Source: Akkermansia muciniphila ATCC BAA-835
GTDB lineage: Bacteria > Verrucomicrobiota > Verrucomicrobiia > Verrucomicrobiales > Akkermansiaceae
Direction: 5' to 3'
Length of the DNA: 32,000 nt
Assembly (NCBI RefSeq): GCF_000020225.1
Contig: NC_010655.1
Location: 150,001 to 182,000, forward strand
In this document: piece after piece, positions 23,718 through 32,000 of the stretch
Layout of the letters: each line of letters begins with the position of its first letter
Position numbering within the stretch: the stretch's first letter is position 1
The notes under the pieces: generated by a model
Told to the model about the DNA's origin: nothing
Seen by the model: the letters and a program-made list of their open reading frames with translations, nothing else
Databases searched by the model: none
Translations under genes and position numbers: made by a program

Positions 23718-23954
23718 CTACAGAAGCTGGTACAGGCGGGGATAGGAAGCATGATTGGCGGTTATGTAATGCGGGCGCGGCTTGGGGACCGGCTTTGTCC
23801 GCCTTTGATCCCAGCCGTCACGGTCATGATGATAATTATCATGGCGCGGCGGCCCGGAACGGTAATCATCACGATCGTGGTGGCGATGATGGCAGCCTGC
23901 GGCCAAAACGATTGAGGCTGCTGCGGCAAAAACAGGAATTATGTTCATCTTCAT
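23718..23954 (-). CDS. His/Asp/Arg-rich mini-lipoprotein (78 aa)
   Basis: The signal peptide has a canonical lipobox (MKMNIIPVFAAAASIVLAAGC). The mature ~57 aa holds 10 His, with repeated HHDRD units (HHRHHDRDDY, YHHDRDGW). Confidence 0.6.
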   Translation of the reverse strand: MKMNIIPVFAAAASIVLAAGCHHRHHDRDDYRSGPPRHDNYHHDRDGWDQRRTKPVPKPRPHYITANHASYPRLYQLL

Positions 23955-24007
23955 CTTTCTTCAGGGTAAGACAGTCCGGCGGGAGGAATGCGAACGGAAA
24001 AAGTCTG

Positions 24008-24370
24008 TCACCCGAACAAACGCTCCCTGTTGACGAAGAAAACGGCTCCCAATACACATAAAAACGCCCACAGGTAATCCCACTTCCATTTTTCTCCGAT
24101 GTAGAACAGGGCGAAAGGAATAAACACGCACAGGGTAATCACCTCCTGAATAATCTTGAGCTGGGCCACGTTAAGCCCGCCCGCACTGCCCAGGCGGTTG
24201 GCGGGAATCATGAAGCAATATTCAAAAAACGCCAATCCCCAGCTCATCAGGATAATTACCAGCAGGGGCTTGCCATCCGCCCCGGACCCCTTCTTCAGAT
24301 GGCCGTACCACGCCCACGTCATAAAAACGTTGGAGACCACCAGCATGGAAATCGTTAACGCAATCTTCAT
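24008..24370 (-). CDS. DMT-superfamily small membrane protein, DUF486 family
   Basis: The 120-aa sequence has FMTWAWYGHLK, WGLAFFEYCFMIPANRLG and AQLKIIQEVITLCVF, characteristic of DUF486 (PF04342). Confidence 0.85.
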   Translation of the reverse strand: MKIALTISMLVVSNVFMTWAWYGHLKKGSGADGKPLLVIILMSWGLAFFEYCFMIPANRLGSAGGLNVAQLKIIQEVITLCVFIPFALFYIGEKWKWDYLWAFLCVLGAVFFVNRERLFG

Positions 24371-24388
24371 GATTTTTATTTAAAAACA

Positions 24389-25345
24389 TCAGTCCTTGGA
24401 GGACTTGGGATCCAGGGCGTCCCGCAGGCCGTCCCCCAGGAAATTCAGCGCCAGCAGGGTAGCCGAAAACAGGAGCGCCGGGAACAAAAGCAATTCCGGA
24501 CTTACCTCCATGCGGTCCGCCCCTTCCTTGATCAGCGTTCCCCATGAGGAATTGGGAGCCTTCACGCCCAGCCCCAGAAAGGACAGGACGGCTTCCAGCA
24601 GCATGATGCCGGGAACGGCCAGCGTCGTGTACACGATGACGGCCCCGAACAAATTCGGAGCAATATGGCGGAACAGAATCTTCATGTGACCGATGCCCAG
24701 GGAACGGGCAGCTTCCACAAACTCCTGCCCTTTCAGCTCCATCGTCTGCGTCCGGACAATACGCGCCAGCGTCAGCCAGCCCAAAGCGCCGATGGCGATG
24801 AACAGGGGAATCAGCCCGGTCATGGGGCTCACCATTTCCACAGACCAGCCCGTCATGCCGGAAACCCACTGCGTCAGCCTCCGGGCCGGCTCCTCCACGG
24901 ACAAGGAAAAAATAATCACCAGCACAATGAACGGCAGGGCAAAAAGCACATCCACCAGGCGCATCATCAGGGCATCCAGCCTGCCTCCGGCATAACCGGA
25001 AACCAGTCCGTACGCCACGCCAATCACCAGGGAAACGCCCGTAGCGACCACTCCCACCAGCAGGGAAATGCGGCCGCCGTACAGGACACGCGCCAGCAGG
25101 TCCCTCCCAAGCTGGTCCGTGCCGAACCAATGGTCCCAGGAAGGGCTTTCCGCAATCCGGGACAAATCCTGCACATTAGGATGAGGCAGCCACGGCAGCA
25201 GGGGACCCAGAAAACAGGCCGCCGCAATCAGCGCCAACGCCAGCAGGGAAAACATGGCCGCCCGGTTGCGGGAAAGACGCAGAAAAGCGTCCTTCCACAG
25301 GGAGGAACCCTGTTCCTCCATCCTGTTCCATCCTCTTTTTCTCAT
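24389..25345 (-). CDS. ABC transporter permease, Opp/Dpp/Nik family (OppC/DppC-like)
   Basis: The ATG at 25345 overlaps the upstream gene's TGA (ATGA). It has the OppC_N-like LWKDAFLRLSRNRAAMFSL and the BPD_transp_1 core with the EAA-like loop FVEAARSLGIGHMKILFRHIAPN. Confidence 0.9.
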   Translation of the reverse strand: MRKRGWNRMEEQGSSLWKDAFLRLSRNRAAMFSLLALALIAAACFLGPLLPWLPHPNVQDLSRIAESPSWDHWFGTDQLGRDLLARVLYGGRISLLVGVVATGVSLVIGVAYGLVSGYAGGRLDALMMRLVDVLFALPFIVLVIIFSLSVEEPARRLTQWVSGMTGWSVEMVSPMTGLIPLFIAIGALGWLTLARIVRTQTMELKGQEFVEAARSLGIGHMKILFRHIAPNLFGAVIVYTTLAVPGIMLLEAVLSFLGLGVKAPNSSWGTLIKEGADRMEVSPELLLFPALLFSATLLALNFLGDGLRDALDPKSSKD

Positions 25346-26256
25346 GATTCCTTTCTCAATCTCGGGTTGACGGCCATTTGCACCAGATCCACACCCAGGT
25401 TGGCCGCGACGATCAGAATGCCGTAAAACAGGACAAGCCCCTGGATGAGGAAATAATCCCGGTCCGTGGTTGCGTTCACGAAATGCTGCCCCATGCCGGG
25501 AACCTGGAAACAGGTCTCCACCACAAAAGAACCGGTAATCATAGCGGCAAAAGCAGGCCCCAGATAGGAAAGGGCCGGAATCAGGCCGCCTCGCAAAGCG
25601 TGCTTCCAAACCGTACGGAAAGGCCCCGCCCCCTTGGCTCGAGCCGTCCGGATGAAATCCTGCCCCAGCACTTCAAGCATGCCGCCGCGCGTCAGGCGCG
25701 CCAGATATGCGGCATTCACCAGCCCCAGCGTCAGCGCCGGAAGCACCACACAACCGGGAGAATCCCATCCGGCCACGCTCAAGCCGGGCACATGCATGCC
25801 CAGCGCCACGCCAAGCAGCGGAGCCACGACGAAAGCGGGAATGCAAATGCCGGCCATGGAAACGAGCATCACCCACCAGTCCATCCACCGGTTCTTGTAC
25901 AGTGCCGCCACAATTCCGGCGGGAATCCCCGCCAGAATGGAAATAGCCATGCCTATGACTCCAAGCTGGAGGGAAACAGGGAATGACTGGCCGATCATAT
26001 CCGCCACGCTGACGCCTTCCTTCACCAAAGACGGCCCCAGGTCGCCATGAACCAGCATGTTCCACCAGTAACGCCCGTACTGGACCAGGGGAGCCTGATC
26101 CAGCCCGTAACTGGCCTGGAGCTGCTGGAGGACATGCTCCGGAAGTTTCTTTTCCCCCATGAAGGGGTGCCCCGGCAACAGGCGTATCAGGAAAAACGTC
26201 ACAGTTTCCAGCACCAGCAGGACCAGAAGCCCCTGCCCCAGGCGTTTCAGAATCAT
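25342..26256 (-). CDS. ABC transporter permease, Opp/Dpp/Nik family (OppB/DppB-like)
   Basis: MILKRLGQGLLVLLVLETVTFFLIRLLPG is a typical DppB N-terminus, and the EAA loop is FIRTARAKGAGPFRTVWKHALR. I prefer ATG 26256 over the ORF-track TTG at 26265. Confidence 0.9.
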   Translation of the reverse strand: MILKRLGQGLLVLLVLETVTFFLIRLLPGHPFMGEKKLPEHVLQQLQASYGLDQAPLVQYGRYWWNMLVHGDLGPSLVKEGVSVADMIGQSFPVSLQLGVIGMAISILAGIPAGIVAALYKNRWMDWWVMLVSMAGICIPAFVVAPLLGVALGMHVPGLSVAGWDSPGCVVLPALTLGLVNAAYLARLTRGGMLEVLGQDFIRTARAKGAGPFRTVWKHALRGGLIPALSYLGPAFAAMITGSFVVETCFQVPGMGQHFVNATTDRDYFLIQGLVLFYGILIVAANLGVDLVQMAVNPRLRKES

Positions 26257-26261
26257 CCTGG

Positions 26262-28121
26262 TCAAGGCGCGGCCTCCTTCCCATGTTCCCGGGCGTCGTC
26301 CAGGCTGATATCCTCAAACAAATGGTTATCCAGCAGCAGGGGGTGCCATCCCCGCACCTCCGGCCTCTTCAAATAGGACCGTTTGGCCCAATACAGGGGA
26401 ATCACCGGGGATTCGGAAAGCATCAGCGCTTCCGCACGGGCCAGCAGGGCCATGCGCTTCTCCTGGTCTCCCGTGGCGCGGCTCTCCGCCAGCAGGCGTT
26501 CATACTCCGGATGAAACCAGCCCGTATTATTGTTCCCGGAGGCGGAACCCCACAAATCCAGAAAACTGGAAGGGTCCAGATAATCACCGGACCATGAGGA
26601 GGAACTAAAATCATACTGCATGGAATTCTGCGCGAACTTGTAGGCCGTCCACTCACAGGAACGGATATCCACATGAATCCCCAGATGCTTTTTCCACATG
26701 CCCTGGATGGCTTCCGCCATCGTCTTCTGAACTTCGCGGGATGTAGTCATCAGCTCCAGCCGGGGAAAACCCTTCCCGCCGGGAAAACCGGCCTGGGCCA
26801 GCAGGGAACGCGCTTTCTCCGGATTGAACTCCACCCCATGCGGCGTCTTGTATCCGGCGCCGTCCGGCGTAAAGCCGAAGCACGGCTGGCCGCCGCCGCA
26901 CACCACGTCCCGCACCAGAGCCTCCCGGTCTACCGCCAGGGAAAGGGCCCGCCTGACCCGGGCGTCATTCAGCGGCGCACGCGACGTATTCAGACGGTAA
27001 AAAATAGTCACGTAATAATCATCCTGGCAAAAATCATCGCCGCCGCGCTCCCGGGCGTAAGCCGTCATCTCCGGAGGCACGTTGTTGGTGACATGAAGCT
27101 TGCCGTTGAAAAACATGCGGGTTTCCGTAAAGCCGTTCACGGTGGGAAGAAAACGGACTCCATTCAGCCGGACGGCGGAAGCGTTCCGGTACCGGGGATT
27201 GCGGCGCACCTCCACATAATCATTGAAACGGTGCTCCGCCATAAGAAAAGGTCCGTTCCCTACGGCCGCTCCGGGCCGCGTCCATTTCCCCGTCCTGTCC
27301 AGCATGCCGCCGTGGGCTTCCACGGCATGGCGGGGAACCGGAAACCAGGTGCAGTGAAGCAACAGCAGGGGAAGCTGGGGCATCGGAGAACGCAGCTCCA
27401 TCTCCAGGGTATAATCATCCGCGGCGCGCACGCCCACGCGGGCTTCCTCCCATAAATCCGGCTTTCCGGCCCGGACATCCTCCAACATCCGGGCCGCAAT
27501 CTTCCGCGCTCCTTCCTCCGGCATCCCGTCCGGCCACTCCATCAGGGTAGGATCATCCCGCAGAGCCTCCAGCTCAGCGGCTCCCATACCATCCAGCCTC
27601 TCCCAATCCACCCGGGCCAGAACCCTCTCTTCCAGCCCCTCTTCCCCAGCCAGCCGGGAACCGGGACCGCACAGCAGCAGGCTGCGCCTGTTCCGGTTAT
27701 AGGCTTCCGCATTCTTCAGCGGATAAAGCATGTCCGCGTACCTCCCTCCAAACCCCGGATGAAGCAGGCGGTGATAGGCATACACGAAATCATGGGCCGT
27801 CACAGGAACGCCGTCGCTCCACACGGCGTCCTTCCGGAGGGAAAAACGCCACTTGTCCGCCTCCGGACTATGCGTCCACGACTCCGCCACAGCGGGATGA
27901 AAAACGGCGTCATCCCTGGAATCCCCGCGCAGCAGCCCCTCCATGACGGCATTGATCATCTTGAAATCGGAAACGGAAGTGGCGATGTGGGGGTCAAAGC
28001 TCTGGGGCTCCGCATTATTGCCCACGATGAGCACCCCTGCCTCCTGCGCCCGTTCCACGCTCGTGCGCGTATCGCATCCGGCGAGCAAAAGCATCACACA
28101 GAACATCATGAACAGGCGCAT
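26262..28121 (-). CDS. ABC transporter substrate-binding lipoprotein, family 5 (OppA/DppA/NikA-like), 619 aa
   Basis: It has a lipoprotein signal (MRLFMMFCVMLLLAGC) and SBP_bac_5-like blocks: LLRGD...PAVAESW, WSDGVPVTAHDFVYAY, and the C-terminal IPLYW. Confidence 0.9.
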   Translation of the reverse strand: MRLFMMFCVMLLLAGCDTRTSVERAQEAGVLIVGNNAEPQSFDPHIATSVSDFKMINAVMEGLLRGDSRDDAVFHPAVAESWTHSPEADKWRFSLRKDAVWSDGVPVTAHDFVYAYHRLLHPGFGGRYADMLYPLKNAEAYNRNRRSLLLCGPGSRLAGEEGLEERVLARVDWERLDGMGAAELEALRDDPTLMEWPDGMPEEGARKIAARMLEDVRAGKPDLWEEARVGVRAADDYTLEMELRSPMPQLPLLLLHCTWFPVPRHAVEAHGGMLDRTGKWTRPGAAVGNGPFLMAEHRFNDYVEVRRNPRYRNASAVRLNGVRFLPTVNGFTETRMFFNGKLHVTNNVPPEMTAYARERGGDDFCQDDYYVTIFYRLNTSRAPLNDARVRRALSLAVDREALVRDVVCGGGQPCFGFTPDGAGYKTPHGVEFNPEKARSLLAQAGFPGGKGFPRLELMTTSREVQKTMAEAIQGMWKKHLGIHVDIRSCEWTAYKFAQNSMQYDFSSSSWSGDYLDPSSFLDLWGSASGNNNTGWFHPEYERLLAESRATGDQEKRMALLARAEALMLSESPVIPLYWAKRSYLKRPEVRGWHPLLLDNHLFEDISLDDAREHGKEAAP

Positions 28122-28408
28122 GGCGGGATTCTGTCAGGTTTCCTTCCCGTACGCAAGGCTTCACGTCAAGAAATACGGCGGCAGAACCACAACGACCTGA
28201 GCGCCCGCCCAGAAGCGGAAGGCTCCTCCCAGAACCTTTATCCCACCCGGCTCCCAGTTCTGCGGCTTAACAATATATTTTCCTTCGTACGCTCATGATA
28301 CATATAAAATTTCATAGAAAGAAAAACACCCCTCTTCCTTACTGGTCTTTTACAAAACGGAGGGGGTTTATCCTGTTCTCCCGGTTATTCCTCCTCTAAA
28401 TTTTTCCC

Positions 28409-30544
28409 ATGTTTAAATTCAAACACCGGACATCCTGTATCTTGACCGTACTCGCGGGGATAATCTCCATTCAGGTAGGGAATGCCATCACCGTCCCGTG
28501 GCTCAGACCTTATATTAACGGTGAAGAAGTGGTCGGAACTACGCTGGAAAGCCGTTACAGCACACCTGACGGAGAATCCGCCAATCCTGTGATCTGGTGG
28601 GAAAAAGCAGATGTCCGAAACGGAAAAACCGTAGTGGTTCAGCAGAGCCGTGATGCGGAATCCTACACCCTGACGGACAAGGATGCAGGAAAATATTTCC
28701 GGATTATTGTAGGCTGCGGAACCAAAGACGAAGCTGCCAGCCAGTGGATCGGCCCGGTCATCACGGAAAAACAGGCGGAAAGCATCAATAACCGTTTCCA
28801 TCCCGGCAGGAGCTACCAGGAAAATGTGAACGAACTTCAAAAGGAACTATCTGAAAAACTTCGAAACGCCGTGTACTTTACCGTAGATACGGACAAGCTG
28901 CATGGCGCACCCTGCGTGATGGCCAGAAATAAACGAATCCCTCTGCCCGAAGATATCAGACCTTTCCGGGAAAACGGAAAAATCTATATCAGCCAACCCT
29001 TTGTACAGGCCATTTTCAACAGGGAACTGCCTGATGAAATCATGGAGGAAGCAGCCGGACAGAAAGCTTATGAAATAAGCAATGTGGCCAGGGTTCTGCA
29101 ACTCAACCTCTGGCAGGGAGACAAGGAAAAATCTCCCGTACCGAACTTTCGCATGCAACCCATGGCGGAAGGACTGGTGATTCTCTCTCCTGAAAAAGAC
29201 ATCTTCTCTCCAGTAGAAGACCGTGACCTGATTAATGAAGCCGTCAACGGGCTCTTCGATTTCAAGGCCGATAATAAACAGTTAAAATGGTTTCGGGATG
29301 CCAAATTCGGCTTGTTTGTTCACTGGAACCCTTCTTCCCTGCTGGAACGGGAAATAAGCTGGGAACGCAATGCGGCGCGTCCCAAAGACAGCGCGAGCGG
29401 TCATAAGAATACCGTAGACTTTGAGTACGACTCCGCCCACCGCCGCTTCAACCCCAAGCAATATGACCCCAGAAAATGGATGTCCGTCGCCAAAAAAAGC
29501 GGTATGAAATACGCCGTGCTGACCACCAAGCATCACGACGGCTTCTCTAACTTCCCCTCCAACTACGACACCTTCACCATTGCTGCCACCCCCTACGGCA
29601 AAGACATCGTGGAACAATTCGCGGCGGCAGTTCATGCGGCCGGGCTCAGACTGGGATTTTATTATTCTGGAAGAGACTGGTACAACCCCTACTACCTGAC
29701 CGACCAGCACTACCGTTATCTGGAATACTACTTCGGCCAAGTCAGCGAACTGCTCACCCGCTACGGCCAAGTGGATGTGCTCTGGTTCGACAGCCTGGGC
29801 AATAGCTCCCTCAACCAGTGGGATCCCCGCACCATGATACGCCGCATCAAGCAGTACCAGCCGGACATTCTGATCAACAACCGCATGAACAGCACCCGCG
29901 GAGGCAATAAGGAACCGCTGCCCGATGATTTGAAAGGGGATTTCCTGACGCCGGAATGCAAGCTAGGCCCCTTCAACACTCAAACGCCTTGGGAAAGCTG
30001 CATGACCGTGGCGGATATCCCCGGCACCCGCTGGACGGGCAACTGGTCCTACACATCCAACGCAACAACCAAACCCGTCGAAACCTCCGTCAAATTCCTG
30101 ATCAATAACATTGTCAAGGACGGCAACCTGCTTTACAACATCGGTCCCACTCCACTGGGAACATTTGATCCGAAACAGGCTGAAACTTTTCTGTCCATGG
30201 GAAAATGGATTGCTCTCTACAAGGAGGCCATTTACAACACTCGCGGAGGCCCCTACAGGGACCAGCCATGGGGCGGCAGTTGCTACAGAGCGGATCACAA
30301 CGGCAAAAAAACCGTTTACCTGCACGTCAGCCCGCTGATTGCCCGACAGGGAAAAGAGCTGAAGGGAAATACCCCCCTGTTCATCAAAGATATCGGGGAA
30401 AAATTCACGAGAGCGACCCTCATTGTGAACGGTACCGGAAACGGAAAATTCGTCAGGCTTGAAAAGGAAGGAGACCAGTACAAAATCACTTTGCCCGAGG
30501 GTGTCACCTGGGACAGGCTGGATACCGTCATCAAACTTCAATAA
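28409..30544 (+). CDS. Alpha-L-fucosidase (GH29) with ~290-aa N-terminal extension and C-terminal beta-sandwich
   Basis: Signal peptide present. GH29 core motifs are WFRDAKFGLFVHWNPSS, KYAVLTTKHHDGFSNFPS, LRLGFYYSGRDWYNP and VDVLWFDS. Confidence 0.9.
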   Translation: MFKFKHRTSCILTVLAGIISIQVGNAITVPWLRPYINGEEVVGTTLESRYSTPDGESANPVIWWEKADVRNGKTVVVQQSRDAESYTLTDKDAGKYFRIIVGCGTKDEAASQWIGPVITEKQAESINNRFHPGRSYQENVNELQKELSEKLRNAVYFTVDTDKLHGAPCVMARNKRIPLPEDIRPFRENGKIYISQPFVQAIFNRELPDEIMEEAAGQKAYEISNVARVLQLNLWQGDKEKSPVPNFRMQPMAEGLVILSPEKDIFSPVEDRDLINEAVNGLFDFKADNKQLKWFRDAKFGLFVHWNPSSLLEREISWERNAARPKDSASGHKNTVDFEYDSAHRRFNPKQYDPRKWMSVAKKSGMKYAVLTTKHHDGFSNFPSNYDTFTIAATPYGKDIVEQFAAAVHAAGLRLGFYYSGRDWYNPYYLTDQHYRYLEYYFGQVSELLTRYGQVDVLWFDSLGNSSLNQWDPRTMIRRIKQYQPDILINNRMNSTRGGNKEPLPDDLKGDFLTPECKLGPFNTQTPWESCMTVADIPGTRWTGNWSYTSNATTKPVETSVKFLINNIVKDGNLLYNIGPTPLGTFDPKQAETFLSMGKWIALYKEAIYNTRGGPYRDQPWGGSCYRADHNGKKTVYLHVSPLIARQGKELKGNTPLFIKDIGEKFTRATLIVNGTGNGKFVRLEKEGDQYKITLPEGVTWDRLDTVIKLQ

Positions 30545-30813
30545 CCCGTTCTTCCAAGAAAACAGCATGCCTTTCCCGCACTCTCTCCTAGACCGGATTT
30601 TTATTACCGGAGAATAGTGTTGCCGCCACACGGTACTCTTGCCTATCCCATATACCCGGCCTGACGGAACCGGCATCAAATCCTGCCTTTCGCCACTCCC
30701 GCAGCAGAAGCGCCGAAAACACGCGCCGCAGAAGAACAGTGCCCCTCATAAGCCACAGTGCCTCCTTTTCATCATCCCTTTTGAGTAACCGGAGAAACAG
30801 GGGGAAAGCAAAA

Positions 30814-30849
30814 CCCCGCAACGGCAGAAAACCGTTGCGGGGCTGTTTT
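30814..30849. terminator. Bidirectional intrinsic terminator (closest to the thioredoxin-like gene stop)
   Basis: ccccgcaacgg 30814-24 pairs with ccgttgcgggg 30832-42. It is flanked by aaa upstream and ctgtttt downstream. It lies 40 nt past the - strand stop at 30882 and 270 nt past the + strand stop at 30544. Confidence 0.7.
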
Positions 30850-30881
30850 CCCAAAGCAAGGGAAAAGAAAAGCGGCTTTAA

Positions 30882-31847
30882 TTATTTGCCCTGCGCCTTT
30901 TTGGCAGCGTCAATCTGGGCCTTGATCTTATCCTTGTTGGCAAGAATGCCGGCCTTGATGCGGGGGGCCTGCATTCCGGCTTCCGTTCCCGGCTTCAACT
31001 CGGCCACCTTATCCAGAATCAGAACGGCGCCGTCCACGTCACCGGTGGAATTCAGGTAGGTCCCGAACTCCATCATCAGCAACTCCTGCTGTGTTTCCGG
31101 CAGAAGCTTGTCGCGGTCGGGATATGCCTTAACCACCTGAAGGGCTTCCGCAGGCGTAGTCTTGTCCGTCAGCTTGCCGGCAAGATAATTTCGAACATCT
31201 TTCCGTTCCTTTTTAAGCTGGTCGGAGAGGGCGTCTGCAGCTTTCAGGCCGGACTTGTCATCCTTGTCCAGCTTCTTGATTTCCGCTTTCACGTCACCAT
31301 AAAAATTGTCCACATATTCCTGAGGAGCCAGCTTGAGCACTTCCATCAGAGCGGCAACTTTCGCTTCATCCGTAGCAGCCTTGGCAACATTCGCTTCCGC
31401 GGCATTAAGAGCTTCCTTGTTCTTCAGGGCATCCTGCATGGCTTTCATGACATCATCCCCGGAGCGCCCTCCAACAAATCCCCCAAAAGGCTTGCCGGAA
31501 GCGTCCGCAAACACAACGGTCGGGAATCCCCGCACGCCGTACTGCTGGGCAAGCTTTTCATTGGCGGCTTTCATTTCCTTGGACTGTTCCTTGCCGCGCG
31601 GATAATCCAGCTCCACCAGCACGAAATTTTTCTGCGCTTCCTTCTGGAAGTCAGGCTTGCTGAATACGTTGGCGCGGAGCTGCATGCAAGGAGGACACCA
31701 GTCGGAACCGGTGAACTCAATCATTAAATCCTTTTTCTGTTCGGCGGCCTGTTTTTTGGCGGCATCCATATCGGTAATCCACCCTTCCGCGGCAAAGCAG
31801 GGAGCGACGCAGGCGGCAACAACAATTGGCAGAATTTGTTTAATCAT
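30882..31847 (-). CDS. Exported thioredoxin-fold protein (WCPPC active site) with helical C-terminal domain
   Basis: Signal peptide MIKQILPIVVAACVAPCFA. The Trx-like block is LMIEFTGSDWCPPCMQLRANVF...GFPTVVF. The C-terminal ~170 aa is K/A/E-rich and helical. Confidence 0.85.
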   Translation of the reverse strand: MIKQILPIVVAACVAPCFAAEGWITDMDAAKKQAAEQKKDLMIEFTGSDWCPPCMQLRANVFSKPDFQKEAQKNFVLVELDYPRGKEQSKEMKAANEKLAQQYGVRGFPTVVFADASGKPFGGFVGGRSGDDVMKAMQDALKNKEALNAAEANVAKAATDEAKVAALMEVLKLAPQEYVDNFYGDVKAEIKKLDKDDKSGLKAADALSDQLKKERKDVRNYLAGKLTDKTTPAEALQVVKAYPDRDKLLPETQQELLMMEFGTYLNSTGDVDGAVLILDKVAELKPGTEAGMQAPRIKAGILANKDKIKAQIDAAKKAQGK

Positions 31848-31848
31848 A

Positions 31849-31869
31849 TCTACAATTCAATATTGTAGA
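31849..31869. promoter_or_regulatory. Perfect 8-bp inverted repeat immediately upstream of the thioredoxin-like gene start
   Basis: tctacaat (31849-56) and attgtaga (31862-69) are separated by tcaat. The repeat begins 1 nt from the ATG (31847-31845 on the - strand). Confidence 0.4.
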
Positions 31870-32000
31870 ATCGGACAGCCCGCGTCAATCCCCTGTTCAA
31901 TCATTTTTAGAAAATCTCCAAAAGGGTGCGTCTTCCGCAGGGAAGTCCGCATCCGGCCGATGCCGGAAAAACTGATGCCCCATGGGAAGACGGTGTCATT

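Noticed and set aside
31960-32000. A possible start of a + strand gene (ATG at 31960, MPEKLMPHGKTVS...) at the window edge
   Set aside because: Only 41 nt are available, so neither coding status nor function can be supported.

Overview
This is a 32-kb chromosomal segment, roughly 55-58% GC by eye. Its gene content suggests a Verrucomicrobiota, Akkermansia-like mucin degrader. That placement is an inference from PVC-type BatA/VWA and SHD1 proteins plus a sulfatase, two SGNH-type esterases and a GH29 fucosidase.

I support 26 protein-coding genes, one tRNA-Thr(UGU), several intrinsic terminators or hairpins, one in-frame coding tandem repeat and a few low-confidence sigma70-like promoters.

Gene order:
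- + strand: sulfatase (5' truncated by the window edge), zinc-ribbon membrane protein, G-domain-less FeoB-like permease
- divergent esterase pair: SASA/DUF303-like (-) and GDSL/SGNH (+)
- 769-aa Ala/Glu-repeat membrane protein (-)
- + strand: small HTH/coiled-coil protein, topoisomerase IV subunit A, tRNA-Thr, GH108/PG_binding_3 muramidase-like gene
- two small unknown genes (-)
- + strand run: parB, M28/glutaminyl-cyclase-like protein, BatA-N/VWA protein, VWA membrane protein
- SHD1-domain secreted protein (-), then a small membrane protein (+)
- a 6.8-kb same-strand (-) string: family-5 SBP, two Opp/Dpp/Nik-type permeases, DUF486, His-rich lipoprotein, tyrS, BASS transporter
- GH29 fucosidase (+) and a thioredoxin-like exported protein (-)

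I saw no CRISPR array, rRNA, integrase, transposase catalytic gene or recognisable defence system.

The least ordinary stretch is the ~2.2 kb between tRNA-Thr and parB (about 11.15-13.37 kb). Other oddities are the FeoB without a GTPase domain, parB without an adjacent parA, the Ala/Glu repeat protein and a His/Asp/Arg-rich mini-lipoprotein. All family assignments come from motif recognition by eye, not from searches.
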